64,000 nucleotides of DNA from a virus (taxonomy: Duplodnaviria > Caudoviricetes): the IMG/VR virus record IMGVR_UViG_640753059_000001; one strand, 5' to 3'. Positions 24,738 to 33,740 of the stretch are shown piece after piece. The notes beneath the pieces were generated by a model. The model was not told the DNA's origin, made no database searches, and saw only the letters and a program-made list of their open reading frames with translations. The position numbers and the translations under genes are program-made. Position 1 is the stretch's first letter. Every line of letters begins with the position of its first letter.

Positions 24738-25510
24738 GCGCGGTCCTTAAGCTCTTCGACAAGGACCCATCTCCTCGGCGGGCCTACAAATCGGCTCGGA
24801 AGGTTGAGCGCCAATATACTGCTTCCCTGCGTAGGGTGGCGCGGCACATCGGCGAGATTGTCTCGGGCCTGAGCCCAGACGGGGAAACCACCCCGGAGGT
24901 TGCCAGCGCCATCGACATGGCATTGGAGCGCTATGCCCAGGTGCTTCAGCCATGGGCCGGGGCCGTTGCGAACCGGATGATTACGGAAGTCGCGGCGCGT
25001 GATGAGGCGACGTGGTTCGATGTGTCCCGGAAGATGGGGCGAGCGCTCCGCAAGGAGATTGAGACGGCCCCCACGGGCAAGATCATGCGCGAGCGGCTAC
25101 TTGATCAGGTGCAGCTTATCACGTCTCTACCGCGGGAGGCAGCGGAGCGGGTTCGGACGCTCGCGAATGAAGCCATCGTACAGGGCACCCGTCCTGCCGA
25201 GCTGGCGAAGGAAATCCTGCGGACTGGAGAGGTGACGGAATCCCGCGCCATCCTGATCGCGAGAACAGAGACAAGCCGGACGGCAACCGAGCTGACGCGG
25301 GCCAGGGCCGAGCATGTGGGGTCGCCGGGATATTGGTGGCGGACCTCAGAAGACACCGATGTGCGGGACGACCATAAGATCCTGAACGGCACGTTTGTTG
25401 AATGGTCGAAGCCCCCGATAGCGGATCGGAGAACAGGCGCCCGCGCGCACGCGGGGTGCATATATCGGTGCCGGTGCTGGCCCGAAGTGGTTATCGCTGA
25501 AGGCGCCTGA
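24734..25510 (+). CDS. Minor head protein (MuF/SPP1 gp7-like)
   Basis: RAILIARTE..YWWRTSED.DVR..H..CRC. Confidence 0.9.
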   Translation: MSAVLKLFDKDPSPRRAYKSARKVERQYTASLRRVARHIGEIVSGLSPDGETTPEVASAIDMALERYAQVLQPWAGAVANRMITEVAARDEATWFDVSRKMGRALRKEIETAPTGKIMRERLLDQVQLITSLPREAAERVRTLANEAIVQGTRPAELAKEILRTGEVTESRAILIARTETSRTATELTRARAEHVGSPGYWWRTSEDTDVRDDHKILNGTFVEWSKPPIADRRTGARAHAGCIYRCRCWPEVVIAEGA

Positions 25511-25703
25511 TCTGCATTAAAAGATCTTCGATGCAGTCGGCAGCTTCCCATTCGAGCATGTCTTCTGGTGACCATATCCTAGCCACGCCGATCTTAACAG
25601 CGGATGGCGATATCTCAAGGTTCAGGTCTTCTGCCTCTTCGCGGGCCTTGTCCCGTAGCTCTTCAACAATCTCTTCAGGTGTCGAACGGGGCAGCTCTTT
25701 CAT
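25491..25703 (-). CDS. Antisense moron, hypothetical
   Basis: 70 aa acidic ORF, EWEAADCIE; opposite to head operon. Confidence 0.55.
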   Translation of the reverse strand: MKELPRSTPEEIVEELRDKAREEAEDLNLEISPSAVKIGVARIWSPEDMLEWEAADCIEDLLMQIRRLQR

Positions 25704-25727
25704 GCGCGTCCAAAGGCAGGGCAGGGG

Positions 25728-27065
25728 ATGACACGGTACACGCTAGACCGCGCCTCTGTCACGCTGGTTGCGGACCAGATCGGGCGCACGCAGGCCATCA
25801 CCCCTGAAGGGTTCCTCCTGTGCGAGGGGGTTCGGATCGCCCGCACGGGGCCGATGCTCTATCTCGCAGATGAGGTGCCTGAAGTTGAGCCCAACCCGAA
25901 CGGCGCCATGACGACGCTCCTTCGGGGGGCTGAAGTACTGTTCGCTCCTGAAACGCTGGCCTCCTTTACCGGGAAGCCGGTGACGAATGACCATCCCGAC
26001 GAACTGGTCAATCCTGAGACGTGGAAAACCGTTTCGGGTGGTGTGGTGCTCAACGTCCGCAGGGGCGAGGGCGCCGACAGTGAGCATCTAGTGGCGGATC
26101 TGCTTATCACCGATGCCAGGTGCATCGCGGATGTGCAGGCCGGCAAGCGCGAGGTTTCGTGCGGCTATGACACGGAAGCCGAGACGGTCGCGCCCGGCCT
26201 AGGCCGGATCACCAAGATCGTGGGCAATCACGTCGCCCTCGTAGACCGGGGCCGGTGTGGCCCCTCCTGTGCAATCCAAGATGAGGTACCCGCCATGGCA
26301 TCGAAAGCCAAGCGCACGGTATGGGATCGGCTCGCGACGGCTTTCAAGGCCAAGGACGAGGCCGCATTCCAGGAAGAGCTTGAAGCGGCGAAGGAAGAGG
26401 TTTGCGGCGATGGGCAGCACATCCACGTGCACCTGAATGGCGCCGAACCTGTCGCTGAGGAGCCGGTGAAGGACGAAACCGATCCCGGTGACGACCGCAT
26501 CGCCCGGATCGAAGCCGCGGTGTCCGTTCTGGCTGAGGCCGTCGCCAAGATGCAGAAGGCCGAACAGGCCGAAGCCGAGGTGACGACCGCGAAGGATGAG
26601 GACCCGGAGCCCGAGGAAAAGGAAAAGTCCGAGGTCAAGGATGAAGACCCGGAAGAGGAAAAGGGCGAGAAGAAGCCCGTCATGGATGCGGCGGTTCTCG
26701 GCGAATCGTTCCGCGACACCCTCTCCCGCGCTGAAATCCTGGCCCCCGGCATTACCCTTCCGAAGTTCGATGCGAAGGCCCCGAAGCTCATGGTTGACGC
26801 CATGTGCGCGCTCCGCATCAAGGCCCTCCAGTCGGCCTATGACAACGCGGGCATGCGCCCCCATATCGAAGCGGTTGCGGGAACCAAGCCCGACTTCGCG
26901 AAGATGAAGTGCGACCATGCGGCCGTCGTGTTCCGTGGCGCGTCCGAGCTGGCGAAGGCGGCGAATACCCGCGTTTCCGCCCCGGACCTGAAGTCCCTTC
27001 CGCCGGCAGGCAAGATGAGCGCCGCCGGCTATTCCGAACTCATCAAGGCGCGCCGCGCCAAGTGA
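25728..27065 (+). CDS. Prohead protease/scaffold (DUF2213)
   Basis: TPEGFL..RIARTG, GKPVTNDHP, EVSCGY, GNHVALVDRGRCG; acidic scaffold region. Confidence 0.9.
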   Translation: MTRYTLDRASVTLVADQIGRTQAITPEGFLLCEGVRIARTGPMLYLADEVPEVEPNPNGAMTTLLRGAEVLFAPETLASFTGKPVTNDHPDELVNPETWKTVSGGVVLNVRRGEGADSEHLVADLLITDARCIADVQAGKREVSCGYDTEAETVAPGLGRITKIVGNHVALVDRGRCGPSCAIQDEVPAMASKAKRTVWDRLATAFKAKDEAAFQEELEAAKEEVCGDGQHIHVHLNGAEPVAEEPVKDETDPGDDRIARIEAAVSVLAEAVAKMQKAEQAEAEVTTAKDEDPEPEEKEKSEVKDEDPEEEKGEKKPVMDAAVLGESFRDTLSRAEILAPGITLPKFDAKAPKLMVDAMCALRIKALQSAYDNAGMRPHIEAVAGTKPDFAKMKCDHAAVVFRGASELAKAANTRVSAPDLKSLPPAGKMSAAGYSELIKARRAK

Positions 27066-27093
27066 GCCCACCAGCACCAAAAAGGAAATACCC

Positions 27094-27588
27094 ATGGTTG
27101 CTTATGTGACGCGGGTGCCGGCGGGTTTCGTCGGCCTTGTGACCCGCTTCGACTCGATCACCGTCCAGCCTGAGGTGGTGGACAGCGCCACCCCCCCGAC
27201 CGCTTTCGGCAGCTTCGTGAAGCTGGTGTCTGGCAAGGTCCAGCCGCTCGCGTCGAGTGACGCTGGTAGCGTCGTCTACGGCGTCCTGGTCAATCCCTAT
27301 CCGCACCAGTCCACGACCAATGCGATCCTGACTGCGGCGACCCCGCCCACCTCTGGCCTGCTGTCCATCCTGAAGCGCGGCTACATCGCGGTGAAGCTGG
27401 TGGTCGGAACCGCAGCCAAGAATGGCGCCGTCTATGTCGTGACCACGGCCGGCGGCTCCGTCGTCGTGGGCGACATCGTGACTTCGACTTCCCCGGCTGG
27501 TGGCGGCACCGCCGTGGCTGTGACCGGCGCGGTCTTCATGGGGCCGGCTGATGCGAATGGCATCGTGGAAATCGCCTACAACATCTGA
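27094..27588 (+). CDS. Capsid decoration/cement protein
   Basis: Position between protease and MCP; ILKRGYIAV..ADANGIVEIAY. Confidence 0.75.
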   Translation: MVAYVTRVPAGFVGLVTRFDSITVQPEVVDSATPPTAFGSFVKLVSGKVQPLASSDAGSVVYGVLVNPYPHQSTTNAILTAATPPTSGLLSILKRGYIAVKLVVGTAAKNGAVYVVTTAGGSVVVGDIVTSTSPAGGGTAVAVTGAVFMGPADANGIVEIAYNI

Positions 27589-27642
27589 ATCCATGGCGGG
27601 GGATAATCTCCCGCCTCTCCCACAAGGCGCCTGAGCACCGCC

Positions 27643-27717
27643 CCTGGCCCGTCGAGATGACGCGCCCGGCCTTTTAAATGGACTGCTCGCCACTCCTGGC
27701 CCGTCGAGAGACGCGCC
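27643..27717 (+). repeat. Twin hairpin repeats in MCP leader
   Basis: CCTGGCCCGTCGAGA(T)GACGCGCC at 27643-27666 and 27695-27717. Confidence 0.85.
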
Positions 27718-27740
27718 TAGCCCTTTGAAGGACCCTTTTC

Positions 27741-28802
27741 ATGTCTTTCCTCTCGCGTGACATCGCGGGGCCTGTGACGCGTGTCCCGGCTCCCTACACT
27801 TCCGGTAACATCCGTCGCTATCTGCGCGACGGCTTCATGAGCTACGACCGCGCTACCTACGACAGCGCTGGCGCCTTCCTCATCGGCGAGCTTGAGCGGC
27901 TTGACCCGATGATCCACGAGCCGCTGATCGCGACCACGTGGACCCGCGACATCGACCTCCGCACCGATGTGACCATGGGCGACACCTCCACGTCGTATAC
28001 CGTGAGCACCTTCGGCGCGATGGGCGGTGCGGCCCCATCTGGCCTGTCGTGGGCGTCCCTTGAGGCGACCGCGCGCCCCCGTGCCGTGCTCGACATCGGC
28101 AAGGTGGTCTCGCCCCTGCACCTGTGGTCCATGGACGTGGCCTACACCCTCCCCGAGCTGGAGAGCGCCCGCCTGACTGGCCGCCCCATCGACACGCAGA
28201 TGCTGTCGGCGCTCAACCGCAAGAACCAGATGGACACCGATCAGGTGGTGTACATCGGCGACAGCTCCATCGGCACCACAGGCCTGCTCAATTCGGCCAG
28301 CGTCACCAACGTGTCGAACGTCGCGGCCGGCGCCTCTTCGTCCATGGCTTGGACCTCCAAGACCGCCGACGAAATCCGCAAGGACGTGAACGAACTGCTC
28401 ATCTCCGTGTGGGCGGCTTCGGGCTACGTGGCCCCGCCCACCAAGCTGGCGCTGTCTCCGACCGCCTTCGGCTACATCTCGACCACCATTGCGTCGAGCG
28501 CGGCCAATGCCACCATTCTCACCTTCCTGAAGGAAAACAACATCCTGACGGCTGAGAAGGGCATCCCGCTCGACATCGTGTCGGTGAAGTGGCTCGACAA
28601 GGCCAACCGCTCCGGCGCCTCCTATGACCGCATGGTCGCATACTCGCAGCAGCCCGAGTATGTGCGCTTCCCCTTCGTCCCCCTGATCCCGGCGACCACT
28701 CAGTACGAGGGCATCTGGGTCAAGGTGCCGTATTACGGCAAGCTGGGACAGGTCGAAGTGGTCTACCCGGAAGTCATCGGCTACCGCGACGGCATCGCCT
28801 GA
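27741..28802 (+). CDS. Major capsid protein (DUF2184/encapsulin-like HK97 fold)
   Basis: GAFLIGELERLDP..EPL..TW.RDI, YTLPEL, GLLN, DRMVAY, YRDGI. Confidence 0.9.
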   Translation: MSFLSRDIAGPVTRVPAPYTSGNIRRYLRDGFMSYDRATYDSAGAFLIGELERLDPMIHEPLIATTWTRDIDLRTDVTMGDTSTSYTVSTFGAMGGAAPSGLSWASLEATARPRAVLDIGKVVSPLHLWSMDVAYTLPELESARLTGRPIDTQMLSALNRKNQMDTDQVVYIGDSSIGTTGLLNSASVTNVSNVAAGASSSMAWTSKTADEIRKDVNELLISVWAASGYVAPPTKLALSPTAFGYISTTIASSAANATILTFLKENNILTAEKGIPLDIVSVKWLDKANRSGASYDRMVAYSQQPEYVRFPFVPLIPATTQYEGIWVKVPYYGKLGQVEVVYPEVIGYRDGIA

Positions 28803-28851
28803 CGGATCTATCGCGAATTAAGCGGGCGCGGCGAGTGCTGCGCTCGCATCA

Positions 28852-29283
28852 ATGCCGGAGATCCAGATGGCAACTTTCAATTTCAGCAGCGGGTTCTACC
28901 TGCTGCTCGACGATGGCTCGCGCCTGCGCTTTGAAGCGGGCGAACAGGTCGTCCCTGACGATATCGCAGGGCACCCATATCTTGCTGCCAATGGGGAGCG
29001 ACTGCCTGCCAGCCTGAACGTTGACGCGGCCCCCGCGGGGGAGCCTGATGCGGCTTTGGAAACACCCGCTGCCGCAGAGCCTGCCGCCGAGGATGCCGCG
29101 CCCGTTTCCGCGCCGAGCGTGACTGTCGAAGATGACGGCACCGTCCATGTGGACACCCCGGAAGAGGTGTCGGAGAAGGACGCGCTCAAGGCCCAGGCTG
29201 AAGCCCTCGGCATCGAAGTCGATGGCCGGTGGGGCATTGCGCGCCTGACCTCTGAGATTGCCACCAAGCAGGCCGCAGCCTGA
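28852..29283 (+). CDS. Head-associated protein with C-terminal HeH-like motif
   Basis: AEALGIEVDGRWGIARL; start may be 28867. Confidence 0.65.
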   Translation: MPEIQMATFNFSSGFYLLLDDGSRLRFEAGEQVVPDDIAGHPYLAANGERLPASLNVDAAPAGEPDAALETPAAAEPAAEDAAPVSAPSVTVEDDGTVHVDTPEEVSEKDALKAQAEALGIEVDGRWGIARLTSEIATKQAAA

Positions 29284-29672
29284 TGTCTGTTACCGCATCC
29301 TCCTTCCGGGCTGACTTCCCGGAGTTCACCAGCATCGTGGTGTTCCCTGATGCGACGGTGACCTTCTGGCTTGGTCTGGCGGGGAAGATGCTATCGGCTG
29401 ACCGGTGGGGCGACCTTCTGGATTACGGGACCGAGCTTTTCGTTGCTCATAACCTGGTGCTTGCCGCTCGGGACCAGAAGGCGGCATCGAACGGCGGGCT
29501 CGGGGGCTCTGGCTCCGGCATCACGTCGTCCAAGACGGTGGACAAGGTGTCGGTGTCCTACGATACGGCGAATGCCGCTATCGAGGGCGCTGGGAACTGG
29601 AACTTGACGAGCTATGGCACGCGCTACATCCAGCTCGCGCGCATGGTCGGAGCGGGTGGCGTCCAGCTCTGA
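29283..29672 (+). CDS. Head-tail adaptor (DUF4054)
   Basis: FRADFPEF, LFVAHNL, SKTVDKVSVSYD, WNLTSYG. Confidence 0.88.
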   Translation: MSVTASSFRADFPEFTSIVVFPDATVTFWLGLAGKMLSADRWGDLLDYGTELFVAHNLVLAARDQKAASNGGLGGSGSGITSSKTVDKVSVSYDTANAAIEGAGNWNLTSYGTRYIQLARMVGAGGVQL

Positions 29673-30193
29673 TGCCCATCGAAATCCGCAAGAAGCCAAA
29701 CCCGGCCATCTTCGACGGCATCCGGGCCTTGACGAAGAACGAGACCTTGGTTGGGGTGCCTGCTGAGAACGCAGGGCGCCAGCCGGAAGATGGAGAGAAG
29801 CGTCCCCTGAACAATGCCGAGATTGGCTACGTTCAGGAGTTCGGATCGACCATCGAAGGTCCCAATGGGCAGGCATTCTCGATCCCGCCGCGTCCCCATC
29901 TCAGGCCCGGCATTGAAGATGCCAGAGACAAGCTTGCGAAGGCCCTCGAAAAGGGCGTCATGGGCGCGCTCCGGGGCGATGTAGGGGCGGCTGACAAGGC
30001 CCTCCATACCGCTGGCCTTATTGGGCAGAACTCAGTTAGGAACAAAATCACAGAGGGGCCATTCGTCCCGCTCGCTCCCATGACGCTTTCAAAGCGGCGG
30101 GCGCGGGGGCGGGCTGGCGACAAGCCCCTCATAGACTCAGGCGCATATCGAAATGCGCAGACCTACGTCGTGCGGCCGAAGGGGGATGACTGA
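29672..30193 (+). CDS. Neck/tail completion protein
   Basis: LVGVP, NAEIGYVQEFG, IPPRP, KPLIDSG. Confidence 0.8.
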   Translation: MPIEIRKKPNPAIFDGIRALTKNETLVGVPAENAGRQPEDGEKRPLNNAEIGYVQEFGSTIEGPNGQAFSIPPRPHLRPGIEDARDKLAKALEKGVMGALRGDVGAADKALHTAGLIGQNSVRNKITEGPFVPLAPMTLSKRRARGRAGDKPLIDSGAYRNAQTYVVRPKGDD

Positions 30194-30564
30194 TGCCTCT
30201 TCTGGATGTTTCAGACGTTTTGCTTGACCCTGACTTCGCCGACACCATCACGGTCTATCGGCAGGCTGTGACGGTTGGGGATGACGGCAGGGCCGTTCGC
30301 ACCGAGACGACTATCGCCACGGGTGCAGTAATCACCCCGGACAAGTTCTCAACGCTCCAGAGGCTGGCTGAGGGGTCCAACGTCTCCGAGACCATCACGG
30401 TCACCACGCAGTTCCGCTTGACCTCTTCGACGGATGGCTACGACGCCGACGAAATCCTCTGGAACGGCAAGCGTTACGTGGTCATCGCCGTTGGCGATTG
30501 CACCAGATACGGGGCTGGTTTCATTGAGGCGTCGGCAAGCCTGAAGGGCATGTCGCCACCATGA
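30193..30564 (+). CDS. Head closure protein
   Basis: MPLLDVSDVLLDPDF; position. Confidence 0.75.
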   Translation: MPLLDVSDVLLDPDFADTITVYRQAVTVGDDGRAVRTETTIATGAVITPDKFSTLQRLAEGSNVSETITVTTQFRLTSSTDGYDADEILWNGKRYVVIAVGDCTRYGAGFIEASASLKGMSPP

Positions 30565-31142
30565 ATGATTCATCGACTGGGGGATACCTCGCCCCATCCG
30601 GCCCCGTCGCTCAGGACGCAGCCCTAGAAGACCAGATCCAAGCGGCCATTGTTGGGATCACCGGCCTTTCAGGCCCCCGCGTCAAGCCGGCATGGCAACC
30701 GAACCCGCCAGCCAAGGAAGATCTCACGGTTGACTGGTGCGCCTACCGCATCACGAGCATTGATCCGAATTGGACGGGCGCCATCGTCCACCACCCGGAA
30801 GGGGAGGGGACAGACGAACTGCGCCGGCACGAGACGGTGGAAGTGCTCTGCAACTTCTACGGCCCGAACGCCTCGGCTTTCGCTTGCGTCTTCAGGGATG
30901 GCTTGCTCATCCCGCAGAACATGGAAACCCTCCAGGCTCAGGGTATCGCCTTTCTAGAGGCTGGCGCCATCCGCGCCGCCCCTGACTTCGTCAACAACCA
31001 GTGGGTTCAGCGGCAAGACCTTCTGGTCCGGTTCCGCCGCATGACTTCCCGCACCTACCAGATCCGCAACGTCCTGTCGGCTGAAGGCGTCTTCGTCGTC
31101 GAGAACGGCAACACCAATTCTTGGAATACGGAGAACACCTGA
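30561..31142 (+). CDS. Tail terminator/neck protein
   Basis: [30 protein letters not shown]. Confidence 0.75.
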   Translation: MNDSSTGGYLAPSGPVAQDAALEDQIQAAIVGITGLSGPRVKPAWQPNPPAKEDLTVDWCAYRITSIDPNWTGAIVHHPEGEGTDELRRHETVEVLCNFYGPNASAFACVFRDGLLIPQNMETLQAQGIAFLEAGAIRAAPDFVNNQWVQRQDLLVRFRRMTSRTYQIRNVLSAEGVFVVENGNTNSWNTENT

Positions 31143-32617
31143 TGGCTCAGGGACTAGCGGTATCTGACGTTGTCAACGTCACCGTCACGCTCTCGCCGAC
31201 CGCCGCCCCCACCCGCAACTTCGGCGCCGGCATGCTCATCGGCTCCACGGACGTGATCGATGTGAACGAGCGCATCCGCTCCTATTCGAGCATGACCGAT
31301 GTGGGCGGGGACTTCGGCACGACTGATCCCGAATTCATCGCGGCCACGCGGCACTTCTCGCAGAGCCCGACGCCTGCAATCCTCTACATCGGCCGATGGG
31401 CGCAGACTGCATCCCATGGCACGCTCCGCGGTGGTGTCCTCAATGCCACCGAACAGCTCATGTCGGCATGGACCAGTGTAACCGCTGGTGCATTCCGGAT
31501 CGACATTGACGGCTCCACCAAGTCGGTGTCCGGCCTCAACTTCTCGACGGCGCTCAACCTCCCCGGTGTGGCCGCGATCATCGATGCCGGCCTAACCGGC
31601 GGGTCCGTGACGTGGGATGCCAACTCGGGCCGGTTCGTCGTCAAGTCGGATACCACTGGTACCACTTCGACTGTCGGCTATGCTGTAGCCCCGGTCTCTG
31701 GCACGGACATCTCCACCCAGCTCAAGCTCACCACTGGCCTTGCCGGCACTTCGGTCCCCGGCATTGCGGCTGAGAGCCTTGTCGCGGCCTGTCAGGCGTT
31801 CGTGGACAAGTCCGGCGACTGGTACGCTGCCGAGGTTCTACCGACCGTCTCCAATGACGTGTTCCTCGCTGCCGCGCTCTATATCGAGGCGCTGGGCAAG
31901 AAGCGGATCATCGGCACTACGATCAACTCGACCACAGTGCTCGATAACACGCTGACCACGGATCTTGCGTCCGTGTGCAAGGCCGCGAACCTGAAGCGGA
32001 CCTTCCTTCAGTATTCCGCCTCCTCCTATGCCATCGCCTCCTTCTTTGGCCGCGCCGCGACGGTGGACTTTACCGGCAGCAAGACCACGCTGACCATGAA
32101 GTTCAAGACCGAGCCGGGCGTGGCGGCCGAGACCCTGACGGAGACGCAGGCGGCTACGCTGAAGTCGAAGAATTGTAATGTTTTTGTTAACTACGACAAT
32201 TCCACGGCCATCATCCAAGAAGGGGTGATGTCCAACGGCTACTTCTTCGACGAAGTGCAGGGACTTGATTGGCTGGAAAATTTCATTCAGACGGAAGTTT
32301 GGAACCTGCTCTACACGAGCAAGACCAAGATTCCCCAGACCAACGCCGGCATGTCGCTGATCGCGACCAAGATTGAAAACTGCCTCCAGCAGGGCGTGGT
32401 CAATGGCCTGATCGCTCCGGGCGTCTGGAATGCGGATGGATTCGGTGCTCTGGAGAACGGCGACTATCTGGAGACCGGATACTACGTCTACCACGCCGAT
32501 ATCTCCACGCAGTCGCAGGCCGACCGCGAGGCGCGCAAGTCCGTGACCTTCCAGGTTGCCGTCAAACTTGCTGGCGCCGTGCACTTCGTCCTCACGCTCA
32601 TCTGGGTCAATCGCTGA
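31142..32617 (+). CDS. Contractile tail sheath (DUF3383)
   Basis: VSDVVNV, FSQSPTP..LYIGRW, TLTMKFK.EPGV, GLDWL, KIPQT, KLAGAVH. Confidence 0.92.
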   Translation: MAQGLAVSDVVNVTVTLSPTAAPTRNFGAGMLIGSTDVIDVNERIRSYSSMTDVGGDFGTTDPEFIAATRHFSQSPTPAILYIGRWAQTASHGTLRGGVLNATEQLMSAWTSVTAGAFRIDIDGSTKSVSGLNFSTALNLPGVAAIIDAGLTGGSVTWDANSGRFVVKSDTTGTTSTVGYAVAPVSGTDISTQLKLTTGLAGTSVPGIAAESLVAACQAFVDKSGDWYAAEVLPTVSNDVFLAAALYIEALGKKRIIGTTINSTTVLDNTLTTDLASVCKAANLKRTFLQYSASSYAIASFFGRAATVDFTGSKTTLTMKFKTEPGVAAETLTETQAATLKSKNCNVFVNYDNSTAIIQEGVMSNGYFFDEVQGLDWLENFIQTEVWNLLYTSKTKIPQTNAGMSLIATKIENCLQQGVVNGLIAPGVWNADGFGALENGDYLETGYYVYHADISTQSQADREARKSVTFQVAVKLAGAVHFVLTLIWVNR

Positions 32618-32643
32618 CCCGCGCTCCGCAATAGGAGGCTCCA

Positions 32644-33078
32644 ATCTCGACATACAGCTTCATGAACGTCACCGCGTCTATCGTCGGGACTGGTGGCTCC
32701 TTCTCCCTTGGGTATGGGTCGGACAATGCCGAAGAGGGCATCTCCGTGTCGATGCTTGAGGACAAGAACACGATGATGGTGGGCGCGGACGGCGGCGTCA
32801 TGCACTCTCTGCATGCAGGCCGCGCGGGGTCCATCACCGTCCGGCTGCTGAAGACCTCCCCGGTCAACAAGCAGCTCATGGACCTCTACCGCTTCCAGAC
32901 ATCCACCCCTGCCAACCACGGCGCGAATACCCTCACGGTGCGCGACACCATGCGGGGCGATGTGGTCGTGGCGCAGAAGGTGGCCTTCCGGAAGATCCCG
33001 GACAACTCCTATGCCAAGGCCGGCAATATCCTCGAATGGGTGTTCGACTGCGGCATCATCGACGAGAAGCTCGGGTGA
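32644..33078 (+). CDS. Tail tube protein (DUF3277-like); apparent ATC start at 32644, first ATG at 32662
   Basis: AGGAGG SD 5 nt before ATC TCG ACA TAC AGC TTC; GADGGVMHSLHA, LLKTSPVN motifs. Confidence 0.85.
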   Translation: MSTYSFMNVTASIVGTGGSFSLGYGSDNAEEGISVSMLEDKNTMMVGADGGVMHSLHAGRAGSITVRLLKTSPVNKQLMDLYRFQTSTPANHGANTLTVRDTMRGDVVVAQKVAFRKIPDNSYAKAGNILEWVFDCGIIDEKLG

Positions 33079-33083
33079 GCCCA

Positions 33084-33563
33084 ATGGATGACGAATTTGA
33101 ACTCAGCGGGATCAGGTACCGGGCGCGCAAGATGAGCGCCAAGGACCAGCTCTTCGTCGCCCGGAAGCTCACCCCCCTCATCGGCTCTTTCGTCCCGCTC
33201 TTGCAGATGGCGGCCAAGCAGGCGTCAGTCGGCGGCAACATTTCCGGCGCGATCATGTCGCTTGATGTGGAGCAGGTCATGCCACTTGCTCAGGGCATCG
33301 CCAGCCTGCCGGAGAGCGACACGGACGACCTTATCGCCCGGTGCCTGTCCCACGTCCAGAGGGGATCTGTGTCGCCTGCTGGCACCACATGGTCAAACGT
33401 CTGGTCCACCTCCGCCGGTAAGCCCATGTTTGAGGACATCGACCTCATGTCGATGCTGACCCTTGTCGCGCATGTCGTGCGAAAGGACCTCGGAAATTTT
33501 ATTCCCGCCCTGTTCTCCGGTTCGATCGGCGGGGCGGGGCTAATCCAGACGTCGAACTCGTAA
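33084..33563 (+). CDS. Tail assembly chaperone (G-like)
   Basis: Between tube and tape measure; QLFVARKL; ends after LGNF slippery site. Confidence 0.8.
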   Translation: MDDEFELSGIRYRARKMSAKDQLFVARKLTPLIGSFVPLLQMAAKQASVGGNISGAIMSLDVEQVMPLAQGIASLPESDTDDLIARCLSHVQRGSVSPAGTTWSNVWSTSAGKPMFEDIDLMSMLTLVAHVVRKDLGNFIPALFSGSIGGAGLIQTSNS

Positions 33564-33739
33564 CTCTACCTGACGGCATGGACTGGCTGCTTCATCCGGT
33601 GCAGCAGGGTTGGTGCAAATACGAGAGCCTTCTGGATGGAACTCTCGACCTCTGCGACATCGCCATCATGAACGAGGCAATCGCGGTGCATGGGGAAAAT
33701 TCCAGGCGCATGCAGGATGCCCTAAGGCCGAAGGTGTGA
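33494..33739 (+). CDS. -1 frameshift extension of tail chaperone (GT-like)
   Basis: A AAT TTT at 33494-33500; -1 frame open through LPDGMDWLLHPV..YESLLDGTLDL to TGA 33739. Confidence 0.8.
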   Translation, partial: KFYSRPVLRFDRRGGANPDVELVTLPDGMDWLLHPVQQGWCKYESLLDGTLDLCDIAIMNEAIAVHGENSRRMQDALRPKV

Positions 33740-33740
33740 T

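Noticed and set aside
28822-28848. Terminator after the major capsid gene
   Set aside because: GC hairpin present but no U-tract
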